DNA of 63,724 bases, the filler included, from Planctomycetota bacterium (GTDB lineage: Bacteria > Planctomycetota > Planctomycetia > JALXBF01), in the NCBI GenBank assembly GCA_026991575.1. It is 10 parts of 10 records of this genome, joined end to end, with 100 filler letters (N's around TTAATTAATTAA, not from the genome) between each part and the next. Parts side by side here need not be neighbours in the genome. Positions count along the whole stretch, not along the records: positions 1 to 26,875 come from JALXBF010000020.1; positions 26,976 to 35,017 come from JALXBF010000025.1; 8 more parts are not named here. One strand, written 5' to 3'. The position numbers and the translations under genes were made by a program. The notes under the pieces are model-generated. The model ran no database searches, was not told the origin of the DNA, and saw nothing but the letters and a program-made list of their open reading frames with translations. Every line of letters begins with the position of its first letter. The first letter of the stretch is position 1. Shown here one piece after another: positions 18,537-29,215 of this stretch.

Positions 18537-19476
18537 TGTTGCTGTCGTCCTCCTCCTCGTCGGCCAGCCAGTCTCTGGGTTGCAGCAGTTCCAGAGCGCG
18601 TGCTTCGGGCGAGCCGGGTTCAGGGCGGAAATCATAGCGCCACATCACCAAGGGGGGCAAGCTCATGAGGATCGATTCGATGCGACCGCCGGTTCGCAGG
18701 CCGAACAGGGTACCGCGGTCGTAGACCAGATTGAACTCAACGTACCGGCCACGGCGGAGCAGTTGCCAGCGACGGTGCCGCGGTCCGTACGGCTCGCGCC
18801 GGCGTCGTTCGGCGATCGGCAGATACGCGTCCAGGAAGGCATGGCCGGCGTCGGAGACGAACGCGTACACCTCCGGTAGACGGTCTTGCAGGTAGTCGAA
18901 GAAGATACCGCCGACGCCGCGTGGTTCACCACGGTGGCGTACAAAGAAGTACTCGTCGCACCATCGTTTGAACCGAGCGTAGTCGGCGACGGTCGGGTGG
19001 CGGTCGCACACCTGTTTCCAGACGCGGTGGAAGTGGCGGGCGTCTTCGACGCGGGGGTAGTAGGGGGTCAGGTCGGCGCCGCCGCCGAACCAGGCGGTCC
19101 ACCGGATGCCGTCGCCTTTCATCAGGAACCGGAAGTTGGCATGCACCGTGGGGACGTGAGGGTTGCGGGGATGGAGCACCAGCGAGATGCCCGTGGCGCG
19201 GAACCGGCGCCCGCTGCCGGGCATTGTGGCGGCAAAGTCCTCGGGAAACTCGCCCTGGACGGCCGAAAAATTCACGCCGCCCTTTTCCAGAAACGCGCCG
19301 TCCTCAAGCACCCGCGTAATGCCACCGCCTTCGCCGGCCGCATACTGCCATGGGTCGTGGCTGAACGTGGCATCATGACCCTGGGCACGCTCCAGCTCCT
19401 CAAGAGCCGCACAGATTCTTGCCTGCAGCGTGCGGAACAGTTGCTGGCTTTGCTGCCAGAGCTGGTCAAGCTCCAT
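18514..19476 (-). CDS. hemF: Oxygen-dependent coproporphyrinogen III oxidase
   Basis: HPRNPHVPTVHANFR, WFGGGADLTP, RRGRYVEFNLVYDRGT.FGL, ESILMSLPP. Confidence 0.98.
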   Translation of the reverse strand: MELDQLWQQSQQLFRTLQARICAALEELERAQGHDATFSHDPWQYAAGEGGGITRVLEDGAFLEKGGVNFSAVQGEFPEDFAATMPGSGRRFRATGISLVLHPRNPHVPTVHANFRFLMKGDGIRWTAWFGGGADLTPYYPRVEDARHFHRVWKQVCDRHPTVADYARFKRWCDEYFFVRHRGEPRGVGGIFFDYLQDRLPEVYAFVSDAGHAFLDAYLPIAERRRREPYGPRHRRWQLLRRGRYVEFNLVYDRGTLFGLRTGGRIESILMSLPPLVMWRYDFRPEPGSPEARALELLQPRDWLADEEEDDSNNDKPSSV

Positions 19477-19488
19477 CGACCGTCTCGC

Positions 19489-20574
19489 TCACGTGATCGG
19501 CTTCTTGAGGATTTCCTCCAGCAGAACCGTGGCGAAGCTCCCTGGGGCCAGCGTAAAGCTGAGCTGCACCCCGTCAGCGACCGCTTCGATCGAGACGTTT
19601 TGAGGATAAACCAGGTTCGGCCGGCGGGTGCCCATCAGCAGCCGGCCACGGGCGACGAACCACTCGGGCTCCAGCTCCCAACGGCGCAGGATCTCGTACT
19701 CGAACTCCGCCGCCACGCCACGCGCCTTGAACATCTTCTTGCCAAAGATCGGTCCGGCATGCACCGTATAGCCCTGATCAAACCGGCGCTGCTCCTGCTC
19801 CACGTCCGTCACAAAGAAGATGCCTCCGGACTCCTTGTGCATCACGTCGCCATCTAACACCTTGCGGAACCAGCCCCGAGCAATCCGCTCGCGGAGATAC
19901 GCGTTGTAGATGGCCGCCTGGGCTGCCGACAGATACAGCTTGCGGCGAATCCGATCGCGCCAGGCAATGTGGTCGTTGGGAATGCTGCCAGAGAGCATTG
20001 CCAGGCCGGTTAGGGCCGTATCGCCGCCGCGACCAAACCGCTGGCGACCATAAAAGTTGGGCATGCCCTGACGACGCAGCCGGTCGATGACCGAGCGCAC
20101 CCGCGGGATCGCCGACTTCGGGGTCTCACGTAGCAGGATCCGGAAGACATTGCCCTTCAAGTGGCTGGTACGAAGCTTGTGCTGGTGCGGGCGGACGTCC
20201 AGGATCTTGATGCCCGGTTCTCTTTCGAGGTGGCGGAGCCGTTTCTCGGCGGTGCGCGGCACAGAGACGTACTGCCGCGTCACGGCGACCTTGTCCTTCA
20301 GCCCTGCGCACCCGATCGAGCGCAGCGGGACCTTTAGGCGGCGGGCGATGGCTCGCAACAGAAACTCAGGGGAAACGTTGCGTTTTTCGATCCAGAGGAA
20401 TAGGTGCTCCCCCTCGCCGGAAGGCCGATAGGCCGGAATCTCGTCCACAACAAAATCTTCAGGCTGTACCTTGGCCTTGCCAGGAACAGGCGGAATGTCG
20501 TAGGTGATCCACTGCGGTTCGATCGCCTCATTAACAAGCGGCGCCCAACGCGTGACGGTCATCGTGTCGTCCAT
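19489..20574 (-). CDS. truD: tRNA pseudouridine(13) synthase
   Basis: PEDFVVDE, AGLKDK.AVTRQ, GNVFRI, PNFYGRQRFG, GSFATVLLEE. Confidence 0.96.
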   Translation of the reverse strand: MDDTMTVTRWAPLVNEAIEPQWITYDIPPVPGKAKVQPEDFVVDEIPAYRPSGEGEHLFLWIEKRNVSPEFLLRAIARRLKVPLRSIGCAGLKDKVAVTRQYVSVPRTAEKRLRHLEREPGIKILDVRPHQHKLRTSHLKGNVFRILLRETPKSAIPRVRSVIDRLRRQGMPNFYGRQRFGRGGDTALTGLAMLSGSIPNDHIAWRDRIRRKLYLSAAQAAIYNAYLRERIARGWFRKVLDGDVMHKESGGIFFVTDVEQEQRRFDQGYTVHAGPIFGKKMFKARGVAAEFEYEILRRWELEPEWFVARGRLLMGTRRPNLVYPQNVSIEAVADGVQLSFTLAPGSFATVLLEEILKKPIT

Positions 20575-20811
20575 TTCCCGCCCTTCCGGTGTACACCCTC
20601 CAGCGGCTCAATCTGTCGGGGGAGTCGTCTCCGCCGGCTGATCAAACCGAGGACAACCCTCTGCGATCACTACCCTCACGCTCGAACGAGTCAGCCAACC
20701 TCGGCGCTTGGGTGCACGAGAGATGCGGGCCGGGATAAGCAACAGCGGCCACCCGTCCGGGGTGGCCGCTTGCATTCTAGAGCAATTCGCACGGCTTTGC
20801 CAGCCACCTGG

Positions 20812-21444
20812 CTAGTTGTCGCCGCCGAAGTTCTTGGCCACGTACCGCTTCTTGCAATTGTTGCAGCAGAAGTAGACTGCCTTCGCACGGGTAACCATCA
20901 TGCTGACGCCCTTCTTGGCCGGCCGACCACTGACCGGACACTCCTTCGGGCCAGCGTCCTTCGGCTTGTGCCGCGCGATGAATTTCTTCTTGCAGTTGTT
21001 GCAGCAGAAGTAGATCGTGCGGCCATTGACCACCACGTTCACACTCTTCTTGGCCGGCTCACCGCTGAGCGGGCACTTGCCCGGCTCGCCTTCCTTGAAC
21101 TCGAAACCCTGCTTCTTGGCGTAGTTCTTGCGGCAGTTCGGGCAGCAGAAGTAGACCATTTCGGTCGTGCTGTGGATCATCCGGGTCGCTGCCTTCGCAG
21201 GTCGTCCGCTCATCGGACATGTGCCAGGACCTTCGTCCTTGACGCCCAACCGCTGCTCGAACCTCTTGGGACAGTTCTTGCAGCAGAAGTAGACCTTGTG
21301 CCCATTGATTTCCAGAAAAACGTTCTTGTTGACCGGCCGCTTCGAAACCGGACACTTCTCGTTGGCCTTTTCGTCCGCGGCCAGAGCGATCGACACGACC
21401 AGGGCTGCTACCACCGCCGAACTGGCAAAAAACGCTCTGCGCAT
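20812..21444 (-). CDS. Secreted protein made of four YHS/TRASH-like Cys-rich repeats
   Basis: Signal peptide (MRRAFF...ALA), then four CP(V/M/L)S..P...YFCCxNC units. Confidence 0.85.
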   Translation of the reverse strand: MRRAFFASSAVVAALVVSIALAADEKANEKCPVSKRPVNKNVFLEINGHKVYFCCKNCPKRFEQRLGVKDEGPGTCPMSGRPAKAATRMIHSTTEMVYFCCPNCRKNYAKKQGFEFKEGEPGKCPLSGEPAKKSVNVVVNGRTIYFCCNNCKKKFIARHKPKDAGPKECPVSGRPAKKGVSMMVTRAKAVYFCCNNCKKRYVAKNFGGDN

Positions 21445-22502
21445 CGCTGCTACCTCCGCTACGGTGAACCAACGCCCGTAACCACCAGACGGAACGCACA
21501 CGTCTACGTAGGCAATACGAACCATCCGGGCGAGCGTGTTGGAGCGTGTCTTCTGAAGAACACGACCCCCGCCGCTTGCCAAACAGTCTAGCCCACTTCC
21601 CCCAACCGATGCAAGATCCCCACCGCGGCGGCATGCGTCCCGGGTACTAATGGGTTCAGCAAAGCCGCCCCTCCGGGTTCGGCGCTCCTCAGGGAGCTCC
21701 GTAGGAGCTGCTCGCACGATGGGGACGCCCCTTGGACGGGAGCCACCGAGTTCGTGAGCCGAATACGACGTCCAGAAGACCACGCAACGGATCCGGTGAC
21801 CGACTCGCGGCAGCTATGCCGCCGATTGCCATCATCGGTTTGGAACGTGCTTCCCGACGACGTAGCTGCGGTTAACGGCACCGAAAACGCGATGTGCGCG
21901 GCGGCAGAGTCCATCACCACCCCTCGCTTCGCAGCCGAACGCAAGTCGGCTACCGGGCGGCTATGCAGCGCCTGGATCAGACCGGCGACCGAGCGCCCGG
22001 GCAAGAGCAGCAGCTTTGCCGCGTCCCCTTCGTGCGTGGTGTCCAGGACCACTGCCGACCTTCGTCATTCCCGGAAAGCACGACTGGTTGCCCGGGCGAG
22101 CAGGCTTGACTCACGCGCTGTCGCACTCCGTCCCGAATCTTCCCGCGAAGGCGTGGGTGACTGCCCCTGGTGACCGCGAACGGACCAAAGCGACACGCAG
22201 CGATCGGCTCGCCGAGCGCGGTAACCGCCCGTTGGAGAGGTTGGCACGGACGGGGCCGCGCTCGTGCGCGTCCATGCTCCGGTTTCTACCACGGCCGAGA
22301 TAACCCCGAACACCCCAGGGCGCAAGCGGTGACCATGCCGTGTGTTCAGACGCCTGGACGCGCAGCATCGACGACAGGGACCCGCTGATCGTCTGATGCA
22401 TCGGTCGATCGCGTCATTGGGAAGGGGCGCGCGCGGCGGGGGTGGTATGAGGGCTGCCGCGGGAGCGGTCCGGTCGTGCGGCGGGTTGCTACGCAGCCCC
22501 GC

Positions 22503-23291
22503 TCACACCGCGCGCAGTACGAGAACCACATCCTCGACGTCGTCGTTTAGCTTGATTGGCTCCTCCGGGTCGTACCAGAAGTCGTACGTTTCCAGTAGCT
22601 TGAAGCCACCCACGGCGTCGATCAGGCGGAGCAACTGGCGAGCGTTGTAGAGGCGGAAGTAGAAGTCCGTACGAAGGCGAACCCTCTGGCCATCGCGTTT
22701 CGTCACCAACATGCTCATCCGCAGCCGCTCCAAGCGGCGGCGCCGATCCGTGTGCAATACGCGAATACTGACCGTGACGCGCTGCCCCCCCCAGGCAAGC
22801 GACCACCGTTCGGACGAGTGGTTGTCGGCGTCCGGCGGGAACAGGTGCAGCCCGATGATGTAGAGGCCGCCCCGTCTCAGGTGCTGGCGCATACAGTGCA
22901 GGTGGCGACGCGCGTCAGCCTCGGTCAGCAGGTGGCGGAACGTGTTCACGAAGTTGTATGCCAGGTCAAACTTTCGCTTGAGCTGAAAGGATCGCATGTC
23001 GGCGTGGAGCAGCTCGGCGGTCAGGCCACGGCGCCGCAGCCGCTGCCGTGCGTATGCAAGGGCCCGTTCGGAGATGTCAAAGCCGGTGACATCATAGCCC
23101 CGTTTCGCGAACTCGGCGACCAGCCGGCCGCTGCCGCAAGCCGGCTCTAGAAGCCGCTTGACGGGGAACCGGCAAAATTTCCGCGCCACGGCCTCGACAA
23201 AGTTAGCCTGAGGCTTCGTGTCGTCGCGGAAGGCCATGTCGTAGTACTGTGGGAAGTCATACCAGTTCGCTTCGATGATTCGCCGTGGCAT
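22503..23291 (-). CDS. Class I SAM-dependent methyltransferase
   Basis: LLEPACGSGR, GFDIS, ADMRSF, HLRRGGLYII. Confidence 0.9.
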   Translation of the reverse strand: MPRRIIEANWYDFPQYYDMAFRDDTKPQANFVEAVARKFCRFPVKRLLEPACGSGRLVAEFAKRGYDVTGFDISERALAYARQRLRRRGLTAELLHADMRSFQLKRKFDLAYNFVNTFRHLLTEADARRHLHCMRQHLRRGGLYIIGLHLFPPDADNHSSERWSLAWGGQRVTVSIRVLHTDRRRRLERLRMSMLVTKRDGQRVRLRTDFYFRLYNARQLLRLIDAVGGFKLLETYDFWYDPEEPIKLNDDVEDVVLVLRAV

Positions 23292-23318
23292 CTGCGCTGG
23301 CTGTTCCCCTTTGCGCTC

Positions 23319-24380
23319 TTAGCGTTCGAACAGGAATGCACAATCCTTGAGCTGGTTCCGTGTGCCGTCGTGCACGGCATAGCGGCGGCCGCGCCACATG
23401 GACGCAGCACCGTACTGGCCATCCTTTCGGATGGCGTAAAAGACCAGGTTGAACTTCGGTCGCCCCTGCTTGTCCAGGAGGCGTGCCTCACGGGTGCGTT
23501 TGGCGACACGGCGCAACATCTCCAGGCACGCTTCCGTTGGGCTCATGCCACGTGCCATGAGCTCGACGATGACCGCGCAGCTGCAGTTGGCCAGATTGGC
23601 CTCGCCGCGGCCGGTCGAGCCGGCAGCGCCCACGTCGTTGTCCACGTAGAGCCCTGCTCCGATGATGGGCGAATCACCCACCCGGCCCGGTATCTTGAAC
23701 GCGAGCCCACTGGTGGTCGTGCACGCGGCCAGGTCGCCGTGCAGATCCAGCACACTGAGGTGGATTGTGCCGGTGGGGCGTTCACGCAGGTAGCGACGCA
23801 GTTCGGCGTCTTCGGGGCTTTCGGGCGGAGGCAGCCAGTCGTCGATGTCCGAGCGGGTTTCTTTCCAGCGCAGCCAGATCTTGCGCGCCCGTTCCGTTAG
23901 CAGGTTCTCGATCGGAAAACCGTGAGCGATGGCGAACCGCTGCGCGCCTTCCCCGACTAATAGCAGGTGGTCGGTCCGTTCCATGACGAGTTTGGCGACT
24001 CGCGACGGATGCTTGACGCCCTGCAGCGCCGCCACTGCCCCGGCTCGATGCGTCGGTCCGTGCATCACGGCGGCATCCAACTCCACGACGCCATCCTCGT
24101 TGGGCAATCCGCCATAGCCGACGGTCAGATCATTCGGGTCGGCTTCGATGATGTTCACGCCGGCGATGGCTGCATCGAGCGGGTCGGCTCCCTGGCGGAC
24201 CAGTTCGATCGCGCGCGCGGTGGCTCGCAAACCGTTGGCTGAGGCAATGGCAACCGGTCGCCGTTGTGGTTCAGCCACTGCTTCTGCTCCTCGTGCTGGT
24301 GCGGCCAGGGCAGCGGCCGTAGCGGCTGTGCTGCCCAGGAACTCGCGTCTGCTTACCGCTTCGCTGTCTGGCTGGCTCAT
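23319..24380 (-). CDS. Tat-exported glycosylasparaginase/type-2 asparaginase (Ntn hydrolase)
   Basis: SRREFL twin-arginine motif; VGYGGLP, ELDAAVM, GTI nucleophile, GRVGDSP, STGRGE. Confidence 0.92.
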   Translation of the reverse strand: MSQPDSEAVSRREFLGSTAATAAALAAPARGAEAVAEPQRRPVAIASANGLRATARAIELVRQGADPLDAAIAGVNIIEADPNDLTVGYGGLPNEDGVVELDAAVMHGPTHRAGAVAALQGVKHPSRVAKLVMERTDHLLLVGEGAQRFAIAHGFPIENLLTERARKIWLRWKETRSDIDDWLPPPESPEDAELRRYLRERPTGTIHLSVLDLHGDLAACTTTSGLAFKIPGRVGDSPIIGAGLYVDNDVGAAGSTGRGEANLANCSCAVIVELMARGMSPTEACLEMLRRVAKRTREARLLDKQGRPKFNLVFYAIRKDGQYGAASMWRGRRYAVHDGTRNQLKDCAFLFER

Positions 24381-24474
24381 CGATCGCTTGTCCTCGCCGG
24401 CACGCTTCGTTTCTGACCGGCACGCGCCCGGCGCCGGAAACCGTGCTGATTGTACCGGCCGTCGTCTCAACGGT

Positions 24475-25857
24475 TCAGCCCGCGGCTGCCCGGCATGCCG
24501 TGGTGGCTTCGGACCGTGCCAGGGCGGCGATGCGCAACGCGGCTTCTACGCCACTAAGCACGGCCCCGTGCACCGCGCCCGGAAAGACCCGGTGTGTCGC
24601 CTCACCGGCGAAAAACAGCCGGTTTGCTACAGGGGCACGCAGTTGATCGAACTCCCCCCCGTACGCACCGACCGGGATGTACGAGTATGATCCGCAGGCA
24701 AACGGATCCGATGCCCAGCGAGTCAACCAGACCTGCTCTGGCTCCGGAACCGCACCGAACGTGCGCCGCAGCGGACGCAGGGCACGTGCGACGGTCTCAT
24801 CGTCCGATGCCCGCTCCAGCCGGCGTGCCAACCGGCCGGCCACGTAGCCCATGAGTGCGGGCACCCCGCAAAGTTTCTGCAGATTCACAAAGTAGGAATA
24901 ACCCCGGGGACATTCCGGCAGGAAACCAACATAGTCGGTCTCTGCCGGCCAGAAGACCCTTGGGAACAGCAGGATGACCTTGTTCAGGCAGCCGAAACCA
25001 AGCCGCCCAATGGCCCGCCGTTTCCAGCCGGGAAGGTCCGGTACGAAACGGACGCGACGCTGCTGAAGCACACCCAACGGCAGCGTGACCACGACACGGT
25101 CGGCCACGTACTGGGTACCGTCACGCGTGATCAACTCGACCGGCCGATCCTCCCCCCAGCGGATCTCCGTCACCTCCATGCCGTAGTGTACGGTCAGCTC
25201 CTGCAGCAGTGGCTCGAACAAGGTCCAATAGCCCGAGGTCACGAACCAGTCCCCGCCGGTGAGGTCGAGATCCTGGTCCCAATAGCGCGCCGACAAACTG
25301 CCCGTGTCCGTACCCATCACCAGTTCAAACGCACCCCAGGCCCAGCGGATCACAGCCAGGGAACTCGGCAAACGGAACAGATACCGTATCCCGGTCCGCA
25401 GGAGTGCTCGGGTCAAGGAGATATCGTGGGGGCTAGCGAAGGCGACGTCTTTGGACTCCAACAGCAACTGGAGAAAAAACGGAGCCAGCTTCCTGAGCTG
25501 CTCTGCTGGTACCCGCCGGCGCCGCCAGCGGCTGTAGAGTGCGATGCGCGTACGATCGGTCTGCACTAGACGCGCACCGACACGTCGGACTAGGGCCGCT
25601 AGCGGATTTCCCTCGATCCCATGGATCCAGCACGGGCCCAGATCCAGCTGGGTCCGGCCATGACGTACCGTCCAGACCCGCCCCCCCGGTCGATGCCGCG
25701 CCTCCAGCACCACGGTCCGCAGACCAAAGCGTGTCAGCAGGTACGCTGCCGTTACGCCCGCAGCGCCAGCTCCCACCACGACCACCCGTTCCTGGAGCCG
25801 CACGTCCGGGAAGGCGGTCTCAAGGGCGGCGATGTCAAGCGCACCAGGACCTTGCAT
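24475..25857 (-). CDS. Flavin amine/polyamine oxidase family protein
   Basis: VVVGAGAAG, LEAR.R.GGRV, DLG..WIHG, GSYSY, FFAGEAT, VHGA..SG; start 25857 or 25920. Confidence 0.9.
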   Translation of the reverse strand: MQGPGALDIAALETAFPDVRLQERVVVVGAGAAGVTAAYLLTRFGLRTVVLEARHRPGGRVWTVRHGRTQLDLGPCWIHGIEGNPLAALVRRVGARLVQTDRTRIALYSRWRRRRVPAEQLRKLAPFFLQLLLESKDVAFASPHDISLTRALLRTGIRYLFRLPSSLAVIRWAWGAFELVMGTDTGSLSARYWDQDLDLTGGDWFVTSGYWTLFEPLLQELTVHYGMEVTEIRWGEDRPVELITRDGTQYVADRVVVTLPLGVLQQRRVRFVPDLPGWKRRAIGRLGFGCLNKVILLFPRVFWPAETDYVGFLPECPRGYSYFVNLQKLCGVPALMGYVAGRLARRLERASDDETVARALRPLRRTFGAVPEPEQVWLTRWASDPFACGSYSYIPVGAYGGEFDQLRAPVANRLFFAGEATHRVFPGAVHGAVLSGVEAALRIAALARSEATTACRAAAG

Positions 25858-25980
25858 GGCAACTGCCTGGAAGGACAGAACGAACACTTGCTCGTTCAGA
25901 AGTATACGATAGGGAAGCATTCGGCCCCCTGGGGCACAAGGGGGGGCCAGTGAGCGTGCAGCGGGTACGAGGTGAGCTTG

Positions 25981-26583
25981 ATGGAAGCGGAGCGTAAGGA
26001 ACCGCTTCGTTTGTGCGTCTTTTGCGGTTCGAAGTTGGGCGATCGGGGCGAGTACGCCGAGGCGGCGCGGGCGCTGGCCGTGCATGCCGTGCAACGGGGC
26101 TGGCAGCTGGTTTACGGTGGTGGCAGCGTCGGACTGATGGGCGTGCTGGCCGACGCAGCTCTGGCCGCGGGCGGCACCGTTTACGGCGTGATTCCCGAGC
26201 GGCTGGCCAGTGACGAGCTGGCGCACCGAGGCATCACCGAGCTCTTCGTCGTGCGCAGCATGCACGAACGGAAGGCTCGGATGATGGCGCTGGCGTCTGC
26301 CTTCGCGGCCCTGCCCGGAGGCTTCGGTACGTTGGAGGAACTCTTCGAGGTGGTTTCCTGGGCCCAGCTGGGCATCCATCGGTGCCCGATCGGGCTATTG
26401 AATACCTCCGGCTACTACGACCGGCTCGTACAATTCGTTGACCACGCCGTAGCCGAGGGCTTCATTAAACCGATCCATCGCGAGCTAATCATTGTGCGCG
26501 AGTGTCCTGAGGAGCTGATCGCGACCCTGGAACGGGCCATTCCCCCTATGCTGCCGCAGCGATTGTCGGCGGAAGAAACGTGA
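25981..26583 (+). CDS. LOG family nucleotide phosphoribohydrolase
   Basis: CVFCGS, LVYGGG..GLMG, MHERK, PGGFGTLEE. Confidence 0.95.
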   Translation: MEAERKEPLRLCVFCGSKLGDRGEYAEAARALAVHAVQRGWQLVYGGGSVGLMGVLADAALAAGGTVYGVIPERLASDELAHRGITELFVVRSMHERKARMMALASAFAALPGGFGTLEELFEVVSWAQLGIHRCPIGLLNTSGYYDRLVQFVDHAVAEGFIKPIHRELIIVRECPEELIATLERAIPPMLPQRLSAEET

Positions 26584-26875
26584 CCGAAGACCCCCGGTTC
26601 GAAAAGCCGCTACGCGCGAGCCTACCTGCGAACTGGCCCGAGACGCTCGTCGAGCTGCTCCGCCGCAGCGGCAGTCAGCGCGCGATCGAGCAGGTCATCC
26701 AGTGGTTGAAGGCGGCGCGCCAGTATGACCGAATCCTTGAAGTCCGCCTTCTAGCCGCACGCCATCGCCTCGGCCTACCGCTCATCCACAGCGACGCCTT
26801 GGAGAACCTCCCCGATCACGTCCGGCAGGCCTACGAAGACGCGTACGTCGCAGCATGCCGCGAAGTCGGCCGGCT
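26580..26875 (+). CDS. Hypothetical protein, 3'-truncated by contig end
   Basis: GTGA overlap with LOG stop; helical ORF running into linker. Confidence 0.65.
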
Positions 26876-26975
26876 NNNNNNNNNNNNNNNNNNNNNNNNN
26901 NNNNNNNNNNNNNNNNNNNTTAATTAATTAANNNNNNNNNNNNNNNNNNNNNNNNNNNNNNNNNNNNNNNNNNNN
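26876..26975. other. Artificial contig linker
   Basis: N44-TTAATTAATTAA-N44; stops in all six frames. Confidence 0.99.
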
Positions 26976-28975
26976 AGGACGAGAAGAAGCGTATCGTCAT
27001 CGAGCGTGTCGTTTTCGGCAAGACGTTCGAGAAGGAGGAAGACGGCAAGAAGACGCGTTACGTGTACGCTCGTCTCGGCGAGCTCGACTACGTCGTGGCC
27101 GTTTCAGCCGGCGTTCTCAAGGAGCTGGAGGTGTCGCCCAGCGACCTGCGGAGCCGCGACGTGGTGGATGTGGCCGCCAACGAGGTCGACTACATCGAGA
27201 TTCTTCAGGGCGACAGCCGGATTATTCTGGCCAAGCCTGAGTTGTCGTGGCGCATCTACGAACCGAAAAACGTCCTCGCCCACTCCGAAAGCGTCGAGAA
27301 ACTGGTACAGACCATTGACGACCTGAACGTCAAGGAATTCCTCGACGACGCCAAACCAGAAGAGTACGGGCTGGACAAGCCGACTGCTATCGTGAAGCTG
27401 TACAAGGACGCACTCCGCGGTGACGAGGAGGATAGCGAAGAGAAAGACGAACACGACAAGAAGGTGCCCGAGCCGAAGGGCGAACCAATTGTCGTGGCCT
27501 TCGGTAAGCACGATCCTGACAAGGAAGTGATCTACGTACGCCGGGACGACGAGAAGACAATCCTGGCTGTGGCTGCCGATTCGGTCTGGCAACAGGTCAC
27601 CGCCTCGTACCTGGCATACCGCGACCGGCAAGTGCTGAGCTTCAGCCGTCCAGACGTCGTCCAGCTCACCATCGATCGCGACGGCGTCACGTACCGCGTC
27701 GAGAAACGCAAGGTCAAAGAGGGCGGCATCGAGACGGATAAGTGGTTCCTGACCAGTCCGGTCGAGGCACCAGCGGATCGGACGGCTGTGGATGATATCC
27801 TCTGGGACCTGTCTAACCTGGACGCCACCAAGTTCTATGCCGACAAGATCGACGATGCCAAGAAGTACGGCTTCGATCAGCCGACTGTCCGATGCACGGT
27901 TACCTTGAAGCCCGAAAGCAAAGGTGAAGAGGAAAGCAGCGAAGAGAAGGACGAGGACGACAAGAAGAAGTCGCAGTACGTGCTGGTCGTGGGCAAGAAG
28001 GTCGCCGACGAGGACGAGTACTACGCTCGACTTGGCGATGAGGAGCTGGTGTTTGGTCTGGCCGAACGCATCGTCGATCTACTCACCGCTGAGCTGCGCG
28101 ACCGCACGCTGCTTGATTTCGCCGTCGACGATGTTGAGACGCTGCGACTCAGCTACGCGGACGGTAAACGGCTGGAACTGGCCTACAGGGAGGGTGACGA
28201 CGACCTGAAGAAGTGGACCGTTGTCGGTCGCGATGACTTCGAACTGGACACAGAAAAGGTCCGCGAGTTCGTCCGATACCTGAGCAAGCTTAAGGCCGAC
28301 CGATTTGCTCAGTACACCGGACCATTCAAGAAAGAATATGGCCTCGATAAGCCGCAACTCGTCGTGGAGGTCCGCCTCGACGATGAGTCGAGCTACCGGT
28401 TGAGCGTCGGGGCTCAAGGTGAAGGAGAAAGCTGGTATGCTATCGTCGGCGACCGCAAGGAAGGTGCGGTGGCGATCGTCTCGGGCAGCGAGCTGGCCGA
28501 CGCGCTGAAAGGACCCGACGCGTTCGCCAAGCAGCCCGAGGAAAAAGAACAGGAGGAAAAAGAACAGGCAGAGGAAAAGCCAGACAAGGAGCAGCAAGAA
28601 CCGAAGCAGCAGCAGGGCGAGCAGACGGAGACAACAAGCGACAAACCCACAGCCAAGAAGGACGGCAGCGCGAAGAAGCAAAGCGGCAGCAGCAAGTCTG
28701 ACGGCAAAGCCGACAAGAGCACGGGCACAGGCCAGCGGGCCAAGGAGAAGCAGCCCGAACAGGCGGACAAACCATCCGAACGGCCGAAGCAGGAGCAGCA
28801 GGGGAGGCAGCCAAAGCAGAAGGAGGGTGAGGCCGAATCGACCAAGAGCCAGCCGCGGGCCGATGGCAAGCAGTCCGGTGGTGAGACTAAGAACGACCAG
28901 CAGTCCGGCGGCGATCAGGATAAGCGATCCTCTGAGTCTAAGAAGAAAACCGACGACCAGAACGACGGGCAGTAG
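26976..28975 (+). CDS. DUF4340-repeat protein with long charged disordered C-tail, 5'-partial
   Basis: Repeated (E/K)YG(L/F)D(K/Q)P and (L/Y)RDR..L.F units; Q/K/E/S-rich tail. Confidence 0.85.
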
Positions 28976-29215
28976 CCCAGCACGGTTCTGGGCTACCGAA
29001 CGGCCCGGCGCTGTCGGTGGATAGCAAAGGCGCTCCCGGTTGGCGAAGCATGCGACGCGGTTGGCCCAGCGGTTCCCCGCTGGGCCACTTGCATAGCTGG
29101 CAGTCCTGTCGGTGGCTGTTGGCCCAGCGAGTGACGAGGTGGGGCGGGTTCCGGGGGCGTGCTTGGGCTGCGCCGGTAGCCGCCGCGGCTGTACTCATTG
29201 GCGAGGTGGCGGACT

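Noticed and set aside
25858..26379. N-terminal extension of the amine oxidase ORF to 634 aa
   Set aside because: Overlaps the real LOG gene on the opposite strand; oxidase homology starts at the FAD-binding motif
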